A stretch of 37,940 nt of DNA, taken from assembly GCA_036149055.1 (NCBI GenBank), contig JAYZQJ010000243.1:1-37940 (forward strand), read 5' to 3'. The notes below the pieces were generated by a model. The model had not been told where the DNA came from, ran no database searches, and was given only the letters and a program-made list of their open reading frames with translations. The position numbers and the translations under genes are program-made. Below, piece after piece: positions 20,777 to 30,408 of this stretch (the first letter of the stretch is position 1; every line of letters begins with the position of its first letter). This DNA is from Myxococcota bacterium. GTDB lineage: Bacteria > Myxococcota_A > Polyangia > Polyangiales > Sandaracinaceae.

Positions 20777-22003
20777 ATGAAGCGTTCCTGTGCACTCGCC
20801 TCTCTCCTCCTCGTTCAAGGATGCACGTTGTTGGTCTCCGTCGACTCCTACACCTTCGGAGAGGACGGCGGAGTGCACGTGGACACGGGCACCGACTCGG
20901 GCGCGGCGCCGGCGCGCGACGCTGAGCCGGACGCGTCGCCAACGCATGACTCGGGCCTGGATGGCGGCGCCCCCATGCTTCAACGCCGCCGGCTCTGCTC
21001 GGGTCGGACATTCAGCTGCGCCGTCAGCGATGGAGCCGTCCATTGCTGGGGTCTCAATCGACACTCCGAGGTGGCCCCCACCAGCGAGAGCCCAATCCTT
21101 GCGCCCCGAGCCCGCAGTGGAGGCCTCCCACCCGACGTCGTCGAGATCGCCTGCGGCGACCAGCACGCTTGCGCGCTGTCCGCGTCGGGCGGCGTCTTCT
21201 GTTGGGGGCGCAATGACTTCGGCCAGGTCGACTCGATGCCGTCGACAGGCGACGTCGCCCTCGCCGAGCGCGCGGCCGCCGACTTCTCCGATCTCGTCGA
21301 CGTCGCCGCGAGCGGCGCCACCACCTGCGTCCTCCGGCGCAACGGCGAGGCCCATTGTTGGGGTCGCGGGAGTGAGGGCCAGCTGGGCAACGGCTTCCTG
21401 GACTCCCCGACTCCCGTGCAAGTGCAGGGCGTCGGCGCGCTACGACAGCTGCTCGACGGCTACGGGAGCGTCTGTGGCGTCGACGCGATGGGCGACGCCT
21501 ATTGCTGGGGACCCGGGCCGGCGCGGCCGACAGCCAGCTCGGCCGACGCCTATCAGATCGACTGGCTCGAGATGGAGATCCCGTTCGACGCGGGCGCCGG
21601 CCACCTCTGCGGGCTGACCGGCGGGACGGGGATGCGCTGCCAAGGCAGCAACGGTTTCGGGCAGCTCGGCGTGGGCACGACCGTGGACTCCGACGTGCCA
21701 GTCACGGTGGGCGGCCTGCCGTCCGGACTCTCTCACGTCGCGCTGCTCCTACAGTCCTCGTGCGTGGCCGCTTCGCGAGAGGTCTGGTGCTGGGGCTACG
21801 CGGAGGACGGTTTCCTCGGCATTGGAGAGGTCTTCCAGGCGGAGTCGCCAGCCAGGGTGGGAGAGCTGCCATCCAACGTCGTGACGATGGCAGGGGGCGA
21901 GACGCACGTATGCGCGCTCTTGGAGGACGCCTCGATCTACTGCTGGGGCTTTCTCGGTGAGACGACCCCGATTACGAGCCCACAACGGTTCTCGCTGCCT
22001 TGA
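20777..22003 (+). CDS. RCC1/BLIP-II repeat beta-propeller lipoprotein
   Basis: Lipobox LVQGC; repeated G..H.CA....G.V.CWG.N..GQLG; more A/T at third codon positions than neighbours. Confidence 0.88.
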   Translation: MKRSCALASLLLVQGCTLLVSVDSYTFGEDGGVHVDTGTDSGAAPARDAEPDASPTHDSGLDGGAPMLQRRRLCSGRTFSCAVSDGAVHCWGLNRHSEVAPTSESPILAPRARSGGLPPDVVEIACGDQHACALSASGGVFCWGRNDFGQVDSMPSTGDVALAERAAADFSDLVDVAASGATTCVLRRNGEAHCWGRGSEGQLGNGFLDSPTPVQVQGVGALRQLLDGYGSVCGVDAMGDAYCWGPGPARPTASSADAYQIDWLEMEIPFDAGAGHLCGLTGGTGMRCQGSNGFGQLGVGTTVDSDVPVTVGGLPSGLSHVALLLQSSCVAASREVWCWGYAEDGFLGIGEVFQAESPARVGELPSNVVTMAGGETHVCALLEDASIYCWGFLGETTPITSPQRFSLP

Positions 22004-22009
22004 GCGGAT

Positions 22010-23500
22010 CTACGCGCGGGTCGGGGGGCGGCGGTCGAACCAGGGCTGGGCCTCTTCGAGCTGGGCGGAGAGCTGGAGCACCAGGGCGTCGGCGCCCGGG
22101 CGCGCGGTGAGCATCGCGCCGAGCGGCAGGCCGTCGGGGGTCCAGTAGAGCGGCACGCTCGCGGACGGCTGGCCGGTCACGTTGAAGATCGGCGAGTACG
22201 GCGCGAACGCGTAGGCGCGCGACGCGGCGCGGTCGACCAGCCCGGGGATCTTGAGCAGCGCCGGCGTGCCGAGCGCGCCCATCAGGTCGTGCAGCTGAGC
22301 CTCGAAGCCGACCGGGTCGAGCTCCCCGTGCTTCATCGGCGGCCGCCCGGTGGTCGGCGTGATGAGCACGTCGTAGTCGTCGAAGAAGGCCACCACCTTG
22401 CGAGCCTCCTCGTGGAGCTTGCGGCGCATCGTGGTGAACGTGCCCGCGTCGATCGAGCGGCCGGCGAGCCCGAGCAGCCACGTGGTGCGCTCGCAGTCGC
22501 TGGGCCCGGCGGGGCGGCGGAGGTGGGCCTCGGCCGCGGTCAGCTCGGACGCGACGCCGGCGGCGAAGTGATAGAAGAAGGCCTTCGCGAAGCCGTGCGC
22601 GTCGATGCGCGGGCTGGCGATGTCGACCTGATGGCCGAGCGCCTCGCAGAGGCTCGCCGCCCCCTCGACCGCCCGCGTCGCGTCCACGTTCGGCTCGCCC
22701 GGCAGGATGGGGTCGGCGGTGTAGGCGACGCGGAGCTTCTCGAGCGGCCGATCGAGCGCGCGCAGGAAGCTGCCGCCGGGCGGCGGGAAGTAGATGCCGT
22801 GGGGCTCGGGGCCCGCGGTCGCGTCGAGCATCGCCGCGCTGTCGCGCACGCTCCGGGTGAGCACGTGCTCGACGCCGAAGCCGTAGAGCACCTCGGAGTC
22901 GTCGGGCCCCGGCGGGGTGCGGAGCCGGGACGGCTTGAGCCCGTAGATCCCGCAGCAGCTCGCCGGGATCCGGATCGAGCCGCCGCCGTCCCCGCCGTGC
23001 GCCATCGGCACGATGCCCGCCGCCACCGCCGCCGCCGAGCCCCCGCTCGAGCCGCCCGGCGAGACCCCGTGGCGCCACGGGTTGTGCGTCGGCCCGTAGA
23101 GCTCGGGCTCGGTGGTCGGCACGATGCCGAGCTCGGGCGTGTTGGTGCGCCCGAAGATCACGACGCCCGCCTCGAGGTAGCGCCTCACCAGCTCGGCCGG
23201 GCGCTCGGGCAGGTACCCGCGGTAGAGCCGGCTCCCCGCCTGACACGGCACGCCCGGGTAGCCGGCGTGAAGATCCTTGAGCAGGAACGGCACTCCGCGG
23301 AACGGCCGGTCGGGCAGCGCCTCCTTCACCCGCTCGCGCGCGATGGCGTGCATCTCGAGCACGATCGCGTTGAGCCGCGGGTTCACCCTCGCGGCGCGCG
23401 CGAGGGCCTCCTCGAGCAGCTCCGACGCCGTGACCTCGCCCGCGCGGACGAGCTCGGCCAGACCGAGCCCGTCGTAGGCGTCGTACTCCGCGAACCCCAT
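22010..23500 (-). CDS. Amidase signature family enzyme
   Basis: GVPFLLKD (catalytic Lys), [22 protein letters not shown]. Confidence 0.93.
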   Translation of the reverse strand: MGFAEYDAYDGLGLAELVRAGEVTASELLEEALARAARVNPRLNAIVLEMHAIARERVKEALPDRPFRGVPFLLKDLHAGYPGVPCQAGSRLYRGYLPERPAELVRRYLEAGVVIFGRTNTPELGIVPTTEPELYGPTHNPWRHGVSPGGSSGGSAAAVAAGIVPMAHGGDGGGSIRIPASCCGIYGLKPSRLRTPPGPDDSEVLYGFGVEHVLTRSVRDSAAMLDATAGPEPHGIYFPPPGGSFLRALDRPLEKLRVAYTADPILPGEPNVDATRAVEGAASLCEALGHQVDIASPRIDAHGFAKAFFYHFAAGVASELTAAEAHLRRPAGPSDCERTTWLLGLAGRSIDAGTFTTMRRKLHEEARKVVAFFDDYDVLITPTTGRPPMKHGELDPVGFEAQLHDLMGALGTPALLKIPGLVDRAASRAYAFAPYSPIFNVTGQPSASVPLYWTPDGLPLGAMLTARPGADALVLQLSAQLEEAQPWFDRRPPTRA

Positions 23501-23534
23501 GGCGGCGGTTGTACCACCCCCGCCCGAGGCGGCG

Positions 23535-23930
23535 TCAGGCGAAGTAGCGCCGGACCCGCGCCGACCAGAGCACCCGCAGCGAGCGCACGTTCATGGCCAC
23601 GCCGGCGGCGGTGATCGTCAGCGGCACCAGCAGCCCCAGCGACCAGGTCGCGAGCAGCGCGAGCGTCAGCTTCCCGATCGAGAGCACCCCGAGCACCGAG
23701 AACACCGCCGCGAGCCCCGAGACCACGAAGCGCGTCCCCTGGCTCTTGCCGACGAGCAGGCGCCCGATGAACAGCGAGATCCCCACCCCGATCGCCGCGC
23801 CCACCAGGTTGAGCCCCAAGCTCACCCAGCCGAGCCCACCGGCGAGCCACCCCAGGGCGGAGCCCCCGAGACAATACAGGATCCACAGCAGGGTCAGGTT
23901 CTCGAGCTGGTCACGTGCGGTCATCGTCAT
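23535..23930 (-). CDS. Small membrane protein (about 4 TM)
   Basis: Four hydrophobic segments; GGGAGG SD before the ATG. Confidence 0.75.
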   Translation of the reverse strand: MTMTARDQLENLTLLWILYCLGGSALGWLAGGLGWVSLGLNLVGAAIGVGISLFIGRLLVGKSQGTRFVVSGLAAVFSVLGVLSIGKLTLALLATWSLGLLVPLTITAAGVAMNVRSLRVLWSARVRRYFA

Positions 23931-24151
23931 CCTCCCGGGCGGCTCCCCGCCTCTCGGCCCCTCCGTTCAGCAAATCCGAGGCCAGCCCGACGAGTGGCGA
24001 CGCGCCGCCGTTCGAAACCACTCGGCCGACATCGAATGCCCCCCATCGGACACGGCGTGCACGGCTACGCGGTCGCCCCCTCGGCCGTCGCCACCGGATA
24101 CACAAGACCCACTCGTTGACAAGCACCGCTGCCCGCGTCAGACCGGTCGTC

Positions 24152-25264
24152 GTGAACCCCGCACCAAGCCGCACGATCATCCGTTCGCTCGCGATGGCGC
24201 TGATGCTCGGCGGCTGTAGCTGCGTCGGCGAAGGTCACGACTGCGCACTGGGCAGCGCCTCGTGCGACGCGGGCGCGGACGCGGACACCGTGCCGGACGG
24301 CTCGGCCGTTCCGCCCCCTCCGTTCTGCGACCTGACCTACGCCTTCGTCGATGAGCCCGAGTTTCGGCCCCGGGCGACGGGCAGCACCGCTCCGATCCCG
24401 CCCCCCCCGCCGCTGAGCGCCAGCGGCGTCGACACGACGCTGCGGCCGGAGGTCGGACAGACGGGGCTGAGGTCGTGGTGGGTGCGTGGTGACGTGCCGC
24501 TACGCCTGTCGATGGGGGTCAGCGTGGGGAGCGACATCTCCTCGGTCCCGTACACCATGCGGATCGTGCCGGTGGTGAACGGCCGGATCGGCCGCATGCG
24601 CCGGATGGACGGCGAGTGGGAAGACGTGCTCGCCTTCTCTCGGTCCCCGGGCATGGCGTCGCTCGCGTCTACCGTCGAGATCGACCGGGCCAGCTTCCAG
24701 CCGGGGCTCAACTCGCTCTCGTTCGCCTACGTCATCGAGACGCCGAGCGCTCCCACCACCGTGCGGGTCGGGACATTCCCGAACCTCAGCGTGTTCATCG
24801 ACCGGACGGGGCGGAACACCTTCGCGACGGACGAGAGCGCTCTGGAGGTCTCGACCGAGCCCCGGCTCCGGAGCCGCGCGAGCTTCGTCACCCTCGGCGC
24901 GGACGGCCGAATGGTCGCGCATCTGGACGACCCCGGCCTGCTCGAATCGGAGGGGCTGTGGGTCCACCTCCAGAGCAACGACGTGCTGGCGGACTGCGAG
25001 CACGACAACGCGATCGCCGTCATCGCGCTCCTCGATGGGCGGCCGCTCGCCTTCGGCCCCGGCGGGGCCACCAGCGTGCTCTTGCCGGTCGGCCCCACGG
25101 AGCGGCTCGCGTTCCGCATGCCGTCGCTCGACCTGCCGACCGACGCGGGTCACTCCCTGATCATCCTCCGGGTCGAAGGGGTCGGTCATCCCTTCGAGGC
25201 CGACGACGGTTGGCTGTCTCCCTGGGTGGCGTTCCCGTCGATGCTGTTCCTGCTGGAGTGGTAG
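24152..25264 (+). CDS. Uncharacterised lipoprotein (paralog of 31797-32915)
   Basis: Lipobox LMLGGC; GTG start at 24152 inferred; TTGACA at 24116-24121 upstream. Confidence 0.7.
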   Translation: MNPAPSRTIIRSLAMALMLGGCSCVGEGHDCALGSASCDAGADADTVPDGSAVPPPPFCDLTYAFVDEPEFRPRATGSTAPIPPPPPLSASGVDTTLRPEVGQTGLRSWWVRGDVPLRLSMGVSVGSDISSVPYTMRIVPVVNGRIGRMRRMDGEWEDVLAFSRSPGMASLASTVEIDRASFQPGLNSLSFAYVIETPSAPTTVRVGTFPNLSVFIDRTGRNTFATDESALEVSTEPRLRSRASFVTLGADGRMVAHLDDPGLLESEGLWVHLQSNDVLADCEHDNAIAVIALLDGRPLAFGPGGATSVLLPVGPTERLAFRMPSLDLPTDAGHSLIILRVEGVGHPFEADDGWLSPWVAFPSMLFLLEW

Positions 25265-25279
25265 CGAGGCCGCGTCATC

Positions 25280-26380
25280 TCACAGCGCTTCGAGGATGGC
25301 GCGGGCGACCGGGGCCAGGTAGCCGTCGTCCTGGCAGACGCTGACCGCGCCGACCCGGGCGCCGCGGGCCTCGAGCGCTTCGGCGACGCGGAGCAGGCGA
25401 AGCGGCGGGTCGGTGGCGCCGCGGCCGGGGATGTCGCAGGAGGGGAGGAGCGCGCCGGGCCTCGTGGGGTCCGGGCGCTGCAGCAGGCGGAGATCTCGGT
25501 CGCCCTCCGGGCCAGTGAGCGTGGGCCACGCGATCGGCTCGCCCGGGGCCGGGGCGAGGTCGACGGGCACGCCGGCGATCGGCACGTAGACCAGGCGCTC
25601 CGGGCGGTGGCGGAGCTGCAACAGGCCGTCGACGTAGCGGGACACCGGGTGCAGCCCGTCCTCGGCGTGCTCGACGCAGCGGCTGGACAGGTCGCCGTAT
25701 CGGTCCGTCGACGGATCGAAGAACCCCGGATCGCGGGCCGAGCAGTCGTCGTCGTCGGAGATCAGAACCACCGCGAGCACCGTGCCGGGGCGGACGAGCC
25801 CGTGCGCGTCGCCGCGCCCCGCCGCGCCGCGCGCGAAGACCGGCGGGACGTAGCCGGGCGCGGTCCAGTCGGTCGCGGCCGCCGGGCTCGCGGCCTTCAG
25901 CATCGCCTCGAGCGGCTGCTCGAAGCCGCAGCCCTCGCCCACCCGGGCCACGCACGCGAGGTCCCGGGCGGCGAGCTCCAGGTCGACGTCGGGGTCGAGG
26001 GTCTGCACCGCCGGGTGGGCCTCGCCGCAGCCCACCTCTCGCAGCTGCGCGTCTTCGCCCAGAGAATCGCAGGTCGGCAGCTCGGAGTCGCCCACGCCGA
26101 GGTCCGAGGTGACGAAGCCGACCTGGACCGACGCCGGCGGCTCGACGTCGCCGAGCCCGTCGCCGTCGACGTCCCCGCGCGTCAACATCGCCACCAGCGT
26201 CGACATGTCCGCGGCGAAGCTGGACTGCTCCTCGACCATCGATCCGGAGCTGTCCACCACGAACAGGAGATCGACGTCGCGCCGGAGCGGCGGAGGCGCG
26301 CCCGCGTCGGCCACCACGCTCGCGTCGGAGCACCCGACGGCGAGGGCCGCGGTCAGCAAAGGGACGCAGGCCGCTCTCAC
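25280..26380 (-). CDS. VWA/MIDAS-like lipoprotein, paralog 3
   Basis: Lipobox LAVGC; DLLFVVDSSGSM, GCGFEQPLEA.LKA, ISDDDDCS; GTG overlaps the upstream stop; GGAGG SD. Confidence 0.85.
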   Translation of the reverse strand: MRAACVPLLTAALAVGCSDASVVADAGAPPPLRRDVDLLFVVDSSGSMVEEQSSFAADMSTLVAMLTRGDVDGDGLGDVEPPASVQVGFVTSDLGVGDSELPTCDSLGEDAQLREVGCGEAHPAVQTLDPDVDLELAARDLACVARVGEGCGFEQPLEAMLKAASPAAATDWTAPGYVPPVFARGAAGRGDAHGLVRPGTVLAVVLISDDDDCSARDPGFFDPSTDRYGDLSSRCVEHAEDGLHPVSRYVDGLLQLRHRPERLVYVPIAGVPVDLAPAPGEPIAWPTLTGPEGDRDLRLLQRPDPTRPGALLPSCDIPGRGATDPPLRLLRVAEALEARGARVGAVSVCQDDGYLAPVARAILEAL

Positions 26381-27624
26381 ATGGCCTCCATGATCCCCCT
26401 CAGGATGCGGCCGGCGTGAGACTCCTGGCAGACGCTGCCGACCTGGACGCGCGCGCCGCGCGCCTCGAGGGACTCGGCGACCTGCAGGATCCGGATCGGC
26501 GGGAACGCTACGCCGCGGCCCGGCACGTCGCAGGACGGGACGAGGCGGTTGGGCGCGGACGGGTCGACGCGCTCTTCGAGCCGGGGGTCCCGCGTGCCCG
26601 GCGGGCCCACGAGCGAGGCCCAGTCGGTGGGCTCGCCGGGGCCGCTCAGGAGATCGACCGGGACGCCGGCGATCGGGATGAACGCCAGCCGCCCGGCGCG
26701 GGCGCGGAGCTGCAGGAGCCCCTCGACGTAGCGGGACGTGGGGTGCAGGGCCCGGCTGGCGTGGGCGAAGCAGCGCAGGTTGAGGTCGGTGCCGCCGTAC
26801 GTCCGGTCCGAGGGGTTGAACAGATTCAGGTCCGACGCCGAGCAGTCCTCCTCGTCGGTCAGCATCACGATGGCGAGCACCGAGCCGGGGCGCACGAGCC
26901 CCTCGTTCACGCCGTCGCCGTGCCCCGTCGTGCCGCGGAAGAACTCGGGCGGCGCGTAGCGGTGCGACGTCCACTCCGTGGGCTCCGCCGGGCTCAGCGC
27001 CTTGAGCGCCGCCTCCAGCGGCTGCTCGAAGCCGCAGCCTCCCGTGCCCACCATGGCGACGCAGCCGACCTGCTCCGCGAACTCCTCGGCCGTGGTCCGG
27101 CGGGTCGGGGTCCAGTGGAGGAAGCTGGGGTAGTTCGGCATGCACCCCATGATGTCGATCCGCCCCTGGGTCCGGAAGACTCCGTCATCGCCGAAGTCGG
27201 CGCGCGCGCAGGTGGGCACCGTGAAGCCGCCGGTCCCCATGTCGGGGGTGATCACGCCGACGTGCAGGGAGTCGACGCTCGGCGCGTCCCGGGCGCCGTC
27301 CCCGTCGAGGTCGCCGGTGCCGAGCGCGCGCACGATCTCCGGCAGCTCGACGGCCAACGAGAACTGCTCCTCGGACATCGAGCCCGAGTTGTCGATCACC
27401 AGCAGCAGGTCGACGTCGGGCGTGGGCGGCGGCGGAGGCGGCGGAGGCGGCCCGCTGTCCACGGGCGACGGGGCGCGCCCGTCCGGCGTCCCCGGCGCGG
27501 GGATCACCCGACCGTCGGGCAGCCGCGCGCCCACGCCCCCGCCGTCGACCTCGAGCTCGCTCGACGTGTAGCAGCCGGTGGCGATCCACGCGGCCGTCGC
27601 CACCATCCACATCGTGGTCTTCAT
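26377..27624 (-). CDS. VWA/MIDAS-like lipoprotein, paralog 2
   Basis: Lipobox IATGC; DLLLVIDNSGSM, GCGFEQPLEAALKAL, LTDEEDCS; GGAGGAGG SD. Confidence 0.87.
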   Translation of the reverse strand: MKTTMWMVATAAWIATGCYTSSELEVDGGGVGARLPDGRVIPAPGTPDGRAPSPVDSGPPPPPPPPPTPDVDLLLVIDNSGSMSEEQFSLAVELPEIVRALGTGDLDGDGARDAPSVDSLHVGVITPDMGTGGFTVPTCARADFGDDGVFRTQGRIDIMGCMPNYPSFLHWTPTRRTTAEEFAEQVGCVAMVGTGGCGFEQPLEAALKALSPAEPTEWTSHRYAPPEFFRGTTGHGDGVNEGLVRPGSVLAIVMLTDEEDCSASDLNLFNPSDRTYGGTDLNLRCFAHASRALHPTSRYVEGLLQLRARAGRLAFIPIAGVPVDLLSGPGEPTDWASLVGPPGTRDPRLEERVDPSAPNRLVPSCDVPGRGVAFPPIRILQVAESLEARGARVQVGSVCQESHAGRILRGIMEAM

Positions 27625-27653
27625 CGCTCTCGCCTCCTCCATGAACGCAAGTA

Positions 27654-28880
27654 TCACAGCGCCTCCACGATCGCGCGAAGCAACGGACCGGCGTGGTCGT
27701 CCTGACACACGCTCCCGACGGCGACCCGCGCGCCCCGCGCCTCCAGCGCCTCCGCCGCCTGGAGGATCCGCACCGGCGGCATCGCCACGCCGCGGTCGCT
27801 CGATCGGCACGAAGGGATCTGGCGCGTGGGGCTGTCCGGATCGACCCGCGGCTCGAGGCGCTCGTCGCGCACCCCGGTCGGCCCGGTCAGGCGCTCCCAG
27901 GCGATCGGGGCGCCCGGCGTCGGCATCAGGTCGGCGGGCACGCCGGCGATCGGCACGAACACCAGCCGTCCCGGGCGATGCCGGAGCTGGAGCAGCCCGT
28001 CGACGAAGCGCGAGACCGGGTGCAGCGCCTCGGGGAACGAGAAGCAGCGCAGGCTCAGCGGGGGGCCCGAGTAGGTCTCGCTCGTCACATCGTAGAGGAC
28101 GGGGTCCGACGCCGAGCAGTCCTCCTCGTCGGTGAGCAGCGCGACCGCGAGCACCGAGCCTGCACGGACCAGCCCCTCGTTCGCGTCGGCCCCGTGGCCG
28201 GCGGTGCCCTCGTGGAAGCGCGGCGGCGCGAAGCCGGGCGCCGTCCACGCGGTGGGCGCGGCGGGGCTCAGCGCCTTCAGCGCCGCCTCGAGCTGCTGCT
28301 CGAACCCGCAGCCGCCGGTGCCCACCCGGGCGACGCAGGCCGCGTCCCGGGCGGAGTCGGACGGCGCGCTGGGGGGCCGCCAGGTGAGGAACGGCGGGTA
28401 GGCGAGCGCGCACCCCGGCGCGTCGGAGGGCCCGGCGGTCCGGAGGAGCCCGTCGTCGCCGAAGTCCGAGCGCACGCAGGTGGGCACCCGGAAGCCGCCG
28501 GTCCCGAGGTCGGTCGTGACCACGCCCACCTGCAGGCTCCGCACCGGCTCGAAGTCCGGGTCGCCCGGCTCACCGTCGCCCGCGAGGTCTCCGTCCTGGT
28601 CGTAGTCGCCGGTGGCCAGCGTGGTGACGACCGCCTCGAGCGCGGCGGCGAAGGACACCTGCTCCTCGGTCATCGAGCTCGAGTTGTCGATGACGAGCAG
28701 GAGGTCGACGTCGCGGGTGGCCGGAGGCGGCGGCCCGCCGTCCGGGGGCTCGATGGCGCCGCCGTCCGCGGGCACGGCCCCGTCGCCGACCGGGCTCGCG
28801 TCCGGCCCCGGGTCGATCGACGCGAAGCAGCCGACCGCGATCGTCGCGATCGCGGCCGCCGTCCAGGTACCGTCCCTCAT
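27654..28880 (-). CDS. VWA/MIDAS-like lipoprotein, paralog 1
   Basis: Lipobox IAVGC; DLLLVIDNSSSM, GCGFEQQLEAALKAL, LTDEEDCS. Confidence 0.87.
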   Translation of the reverse strand: MRDGTWTAAAIATIAVGCFASIDPGPDASPVGDGAVPADGGAIEPPDGGPPPPATRDVDLLLVIDNSSSMTEEQVSFAAALEAVVTTLATGDYDQDGDLAGDGEPGDPDFEPVRSLQVGVVTTDLGTGGFRVPTCVRSDFGDDGLLRTAGPSDAPGCALAYPPFLTWRPPSAPSDSARDAACVARVGTGGCGFEQQLEAALKALSPAAPTAWTAPGFAPPRFHEGTAGHGADANEGLVRAGSVLAVALLTDEEDCSASDPVLYDVTSETYSGPPLSLRCFSFPEALHPVSRFVDGLLQLRHRPGRLVFVPIAGVPADLMPTPGAPIAWERLTGPTGVRDERLEPRVDPDSPTRQIPSCRSSDRGVAMPPVRILQAAEALEARGARVAVGSVCQDDHAGPLLRAIVEAL

Positions 28881-28962
28881 CCTTCCTCCGGGCTTCGTCG
28901 CCGCGAGGCCGACGATTTTCCAAGACCTTGTCGCCGCGCGCGTCCGGTGACAGCGTCCGCGC

Positions 28963-30408
28963 GTGAACGAGCTCTTCCCCAGGCTACACGCGCCCGACGA
29001 CCGGCCCGCCCTCCGCTTCGAGGATCGGGCCCTCTCCCAGCGCGCGCTCGCTCGCGCCGTCGTCGGTCACCTCGCGCGCCTCGAGGCCCTCGGCGTGGGC
29101 CCCGGCGACCGGGTCGGCGTCTGGACGCACCCCTCCCTGGAGGCGATGGTCGCGCTCGCGGCCCACGCGGCCGGCGGCGTCGTCAGCGTCCCGCTGAACC
29201 CCAAGCTCGGTCCCCGCGAGCTCGGCCACATCCTGAGCGACGCCGCGCCGAAGCTCGTGCTCGCCCCCGACCTCGCGGCGGTGGCGGACCGCACGCCGGA
29301 CGCCGAGGCGATCGCGGTCGGCGGCGCCGACGGCGCCCTCCCCTCGGCCCCGGTCGACGACGCGCCGCTGCTGGTCCTCTACACCTCGGGCACCACCGGC
29401 GCGCCCAAGGGCGCCGTGCTGACCCGCCGGAACGCGGCCGCCAGCCTCGACGGCCTCGCGGACGCGTGGGGCTGGACGGTCTTCGACACCGTGGTGCACG
29501 CGCTGCCGCTCTTCCACGTGCACGGCCTGGTGCTCGGCCTCTTCGGCGCGCTCCGGGTGGGCGGCGCGCTCGAGTGGCTGCCCCGCTTCTCGCCCGAGCT
29601 CGTCGCCGACGCGCTCCGGCCGGGCCAGACGATGCTCTTCGGGGTGCCGACCATGTACCACCGGCTCGCCGACGCGGCCGAGTCCGACCCGCGCGTCGCC
29701 GAGGGCCTGCGGGCCGCGCGCCTCCTCATCAGCGGCTCGGCGGGCCTGCCGGTCCGCGAGCACCGCCGCATCGAGGCGGCCTGCGGGCGCGGCGTGCTCG
29801 AGCGCTACGGCCTCACCGAGACGCTCATCAACTGCGCGGTGCGCGCCGACGGCGGCCCCCGCCCCGGCTACGTCGGCCCGCCCCTCGAGGGCATCGCGCT
29901 GAAGCTCGTCGACGACCAGCGCCGCGAGCTCGACGCGCGCGACGACGCCACCCTCGGCGAGATCGCGGTCCGCGGCGCCAACGTCTTCCCCGGCTACCTC
30001 AACCGCCCCGACGCCACCGCGAAGGTCGTCGACGCGGACGGCTGGTTCTACACCGGCGACCTCGCCACCCGCACCGAGGACGGGTCCATCCGGATCGTCG
30101 GCCGGCGCGCGACCGACCTCATCAAGACCGGCGGCTTCAAGGTCGGCGCGGGCGAGGTCGAGGCGGCGATCCTGGAGCACCCCGCGGTGGCCGAGGTGGC
30201 GGTGCACGGCGTGCCCGACGACGATCTCGGCGAGCGCATCGTGGCGTTCGTGGTCGCGCGCGAGCCGGTGGAGGGCGAGGCGCTGACCGAGCTGGTCGCC
30301 TCTCAGCTCACCCCGCACAAGCGCCCGCGGGAGGTCCGCTTCGTGGACGCCCTGCCCCGCAACGCGATGGGCAAGGTGATGAAGCCGCGCCTGCTCGAGC
30401 CGGCATGA
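28963..30408 (+). CDS. Acyl-CoA synthetase (AMP-binding; MatB/malonyl-CoA synthetase-like)
   Basis: YTSGTTGAPKG, LPLFHVHGL, ERYGLTET, GWFYTGD, LPRNAMGKV.K. Confidence 0.92.
   Translation: MNELFPRLHAPDDRPALRFEDRALSQRALARAVVGHLARLEALGVGPGDRVGVWTHPSLEAMVALAAHAAGGVVSVPLNPKLGPRELGHILSDAAPKLVLAPDLAAVADRTPDAEAIAVGGADGALPSAPVDDAPLLVLYTSGTTGAPKGAVLTRRNAAASLDGLADAWGWTVFDTVVHALPLFHVHGLVLGLFGALRVGGALEWLPRFSPELVADALRPGQTMLFGVPTMYHRLADAAESDPRVAEGLRAARLLISGSAGLPVREHRRIEAACGRGVLERYGLTETLINCAVRADGGPRPGYVGPPLEGIALKLVDDQRRELDARDDATLGEIAVRGANVFPGYLNRPDATAKVVDADGWFYTGDLATRTEDGSIRIVGRRATDLIKTGGFKVGAGEVEAAILEHPAVAEVAVHGVPDDDLGERIVAFVVAREPVEGEALTELVASQLTPHKRPREVRFVDALPRNAMGKVMKPRLLEPA

Noticed and set aside
23990..24025. 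CGAGTGG...GTTCGAAAC...CCACTCG resembling a tRNA T-loop
   Set aside because: No cloverleaf, D-arm or anticodon arm; only a short stem.
27693..30404. N-terminal part of the 1206-aa ORF, suggesting a giant GalT fusion
   Set aside because: Arg/Pro-rich shadow frame overlapping the VWA and synthetase genes; the real start is ATG 30405.
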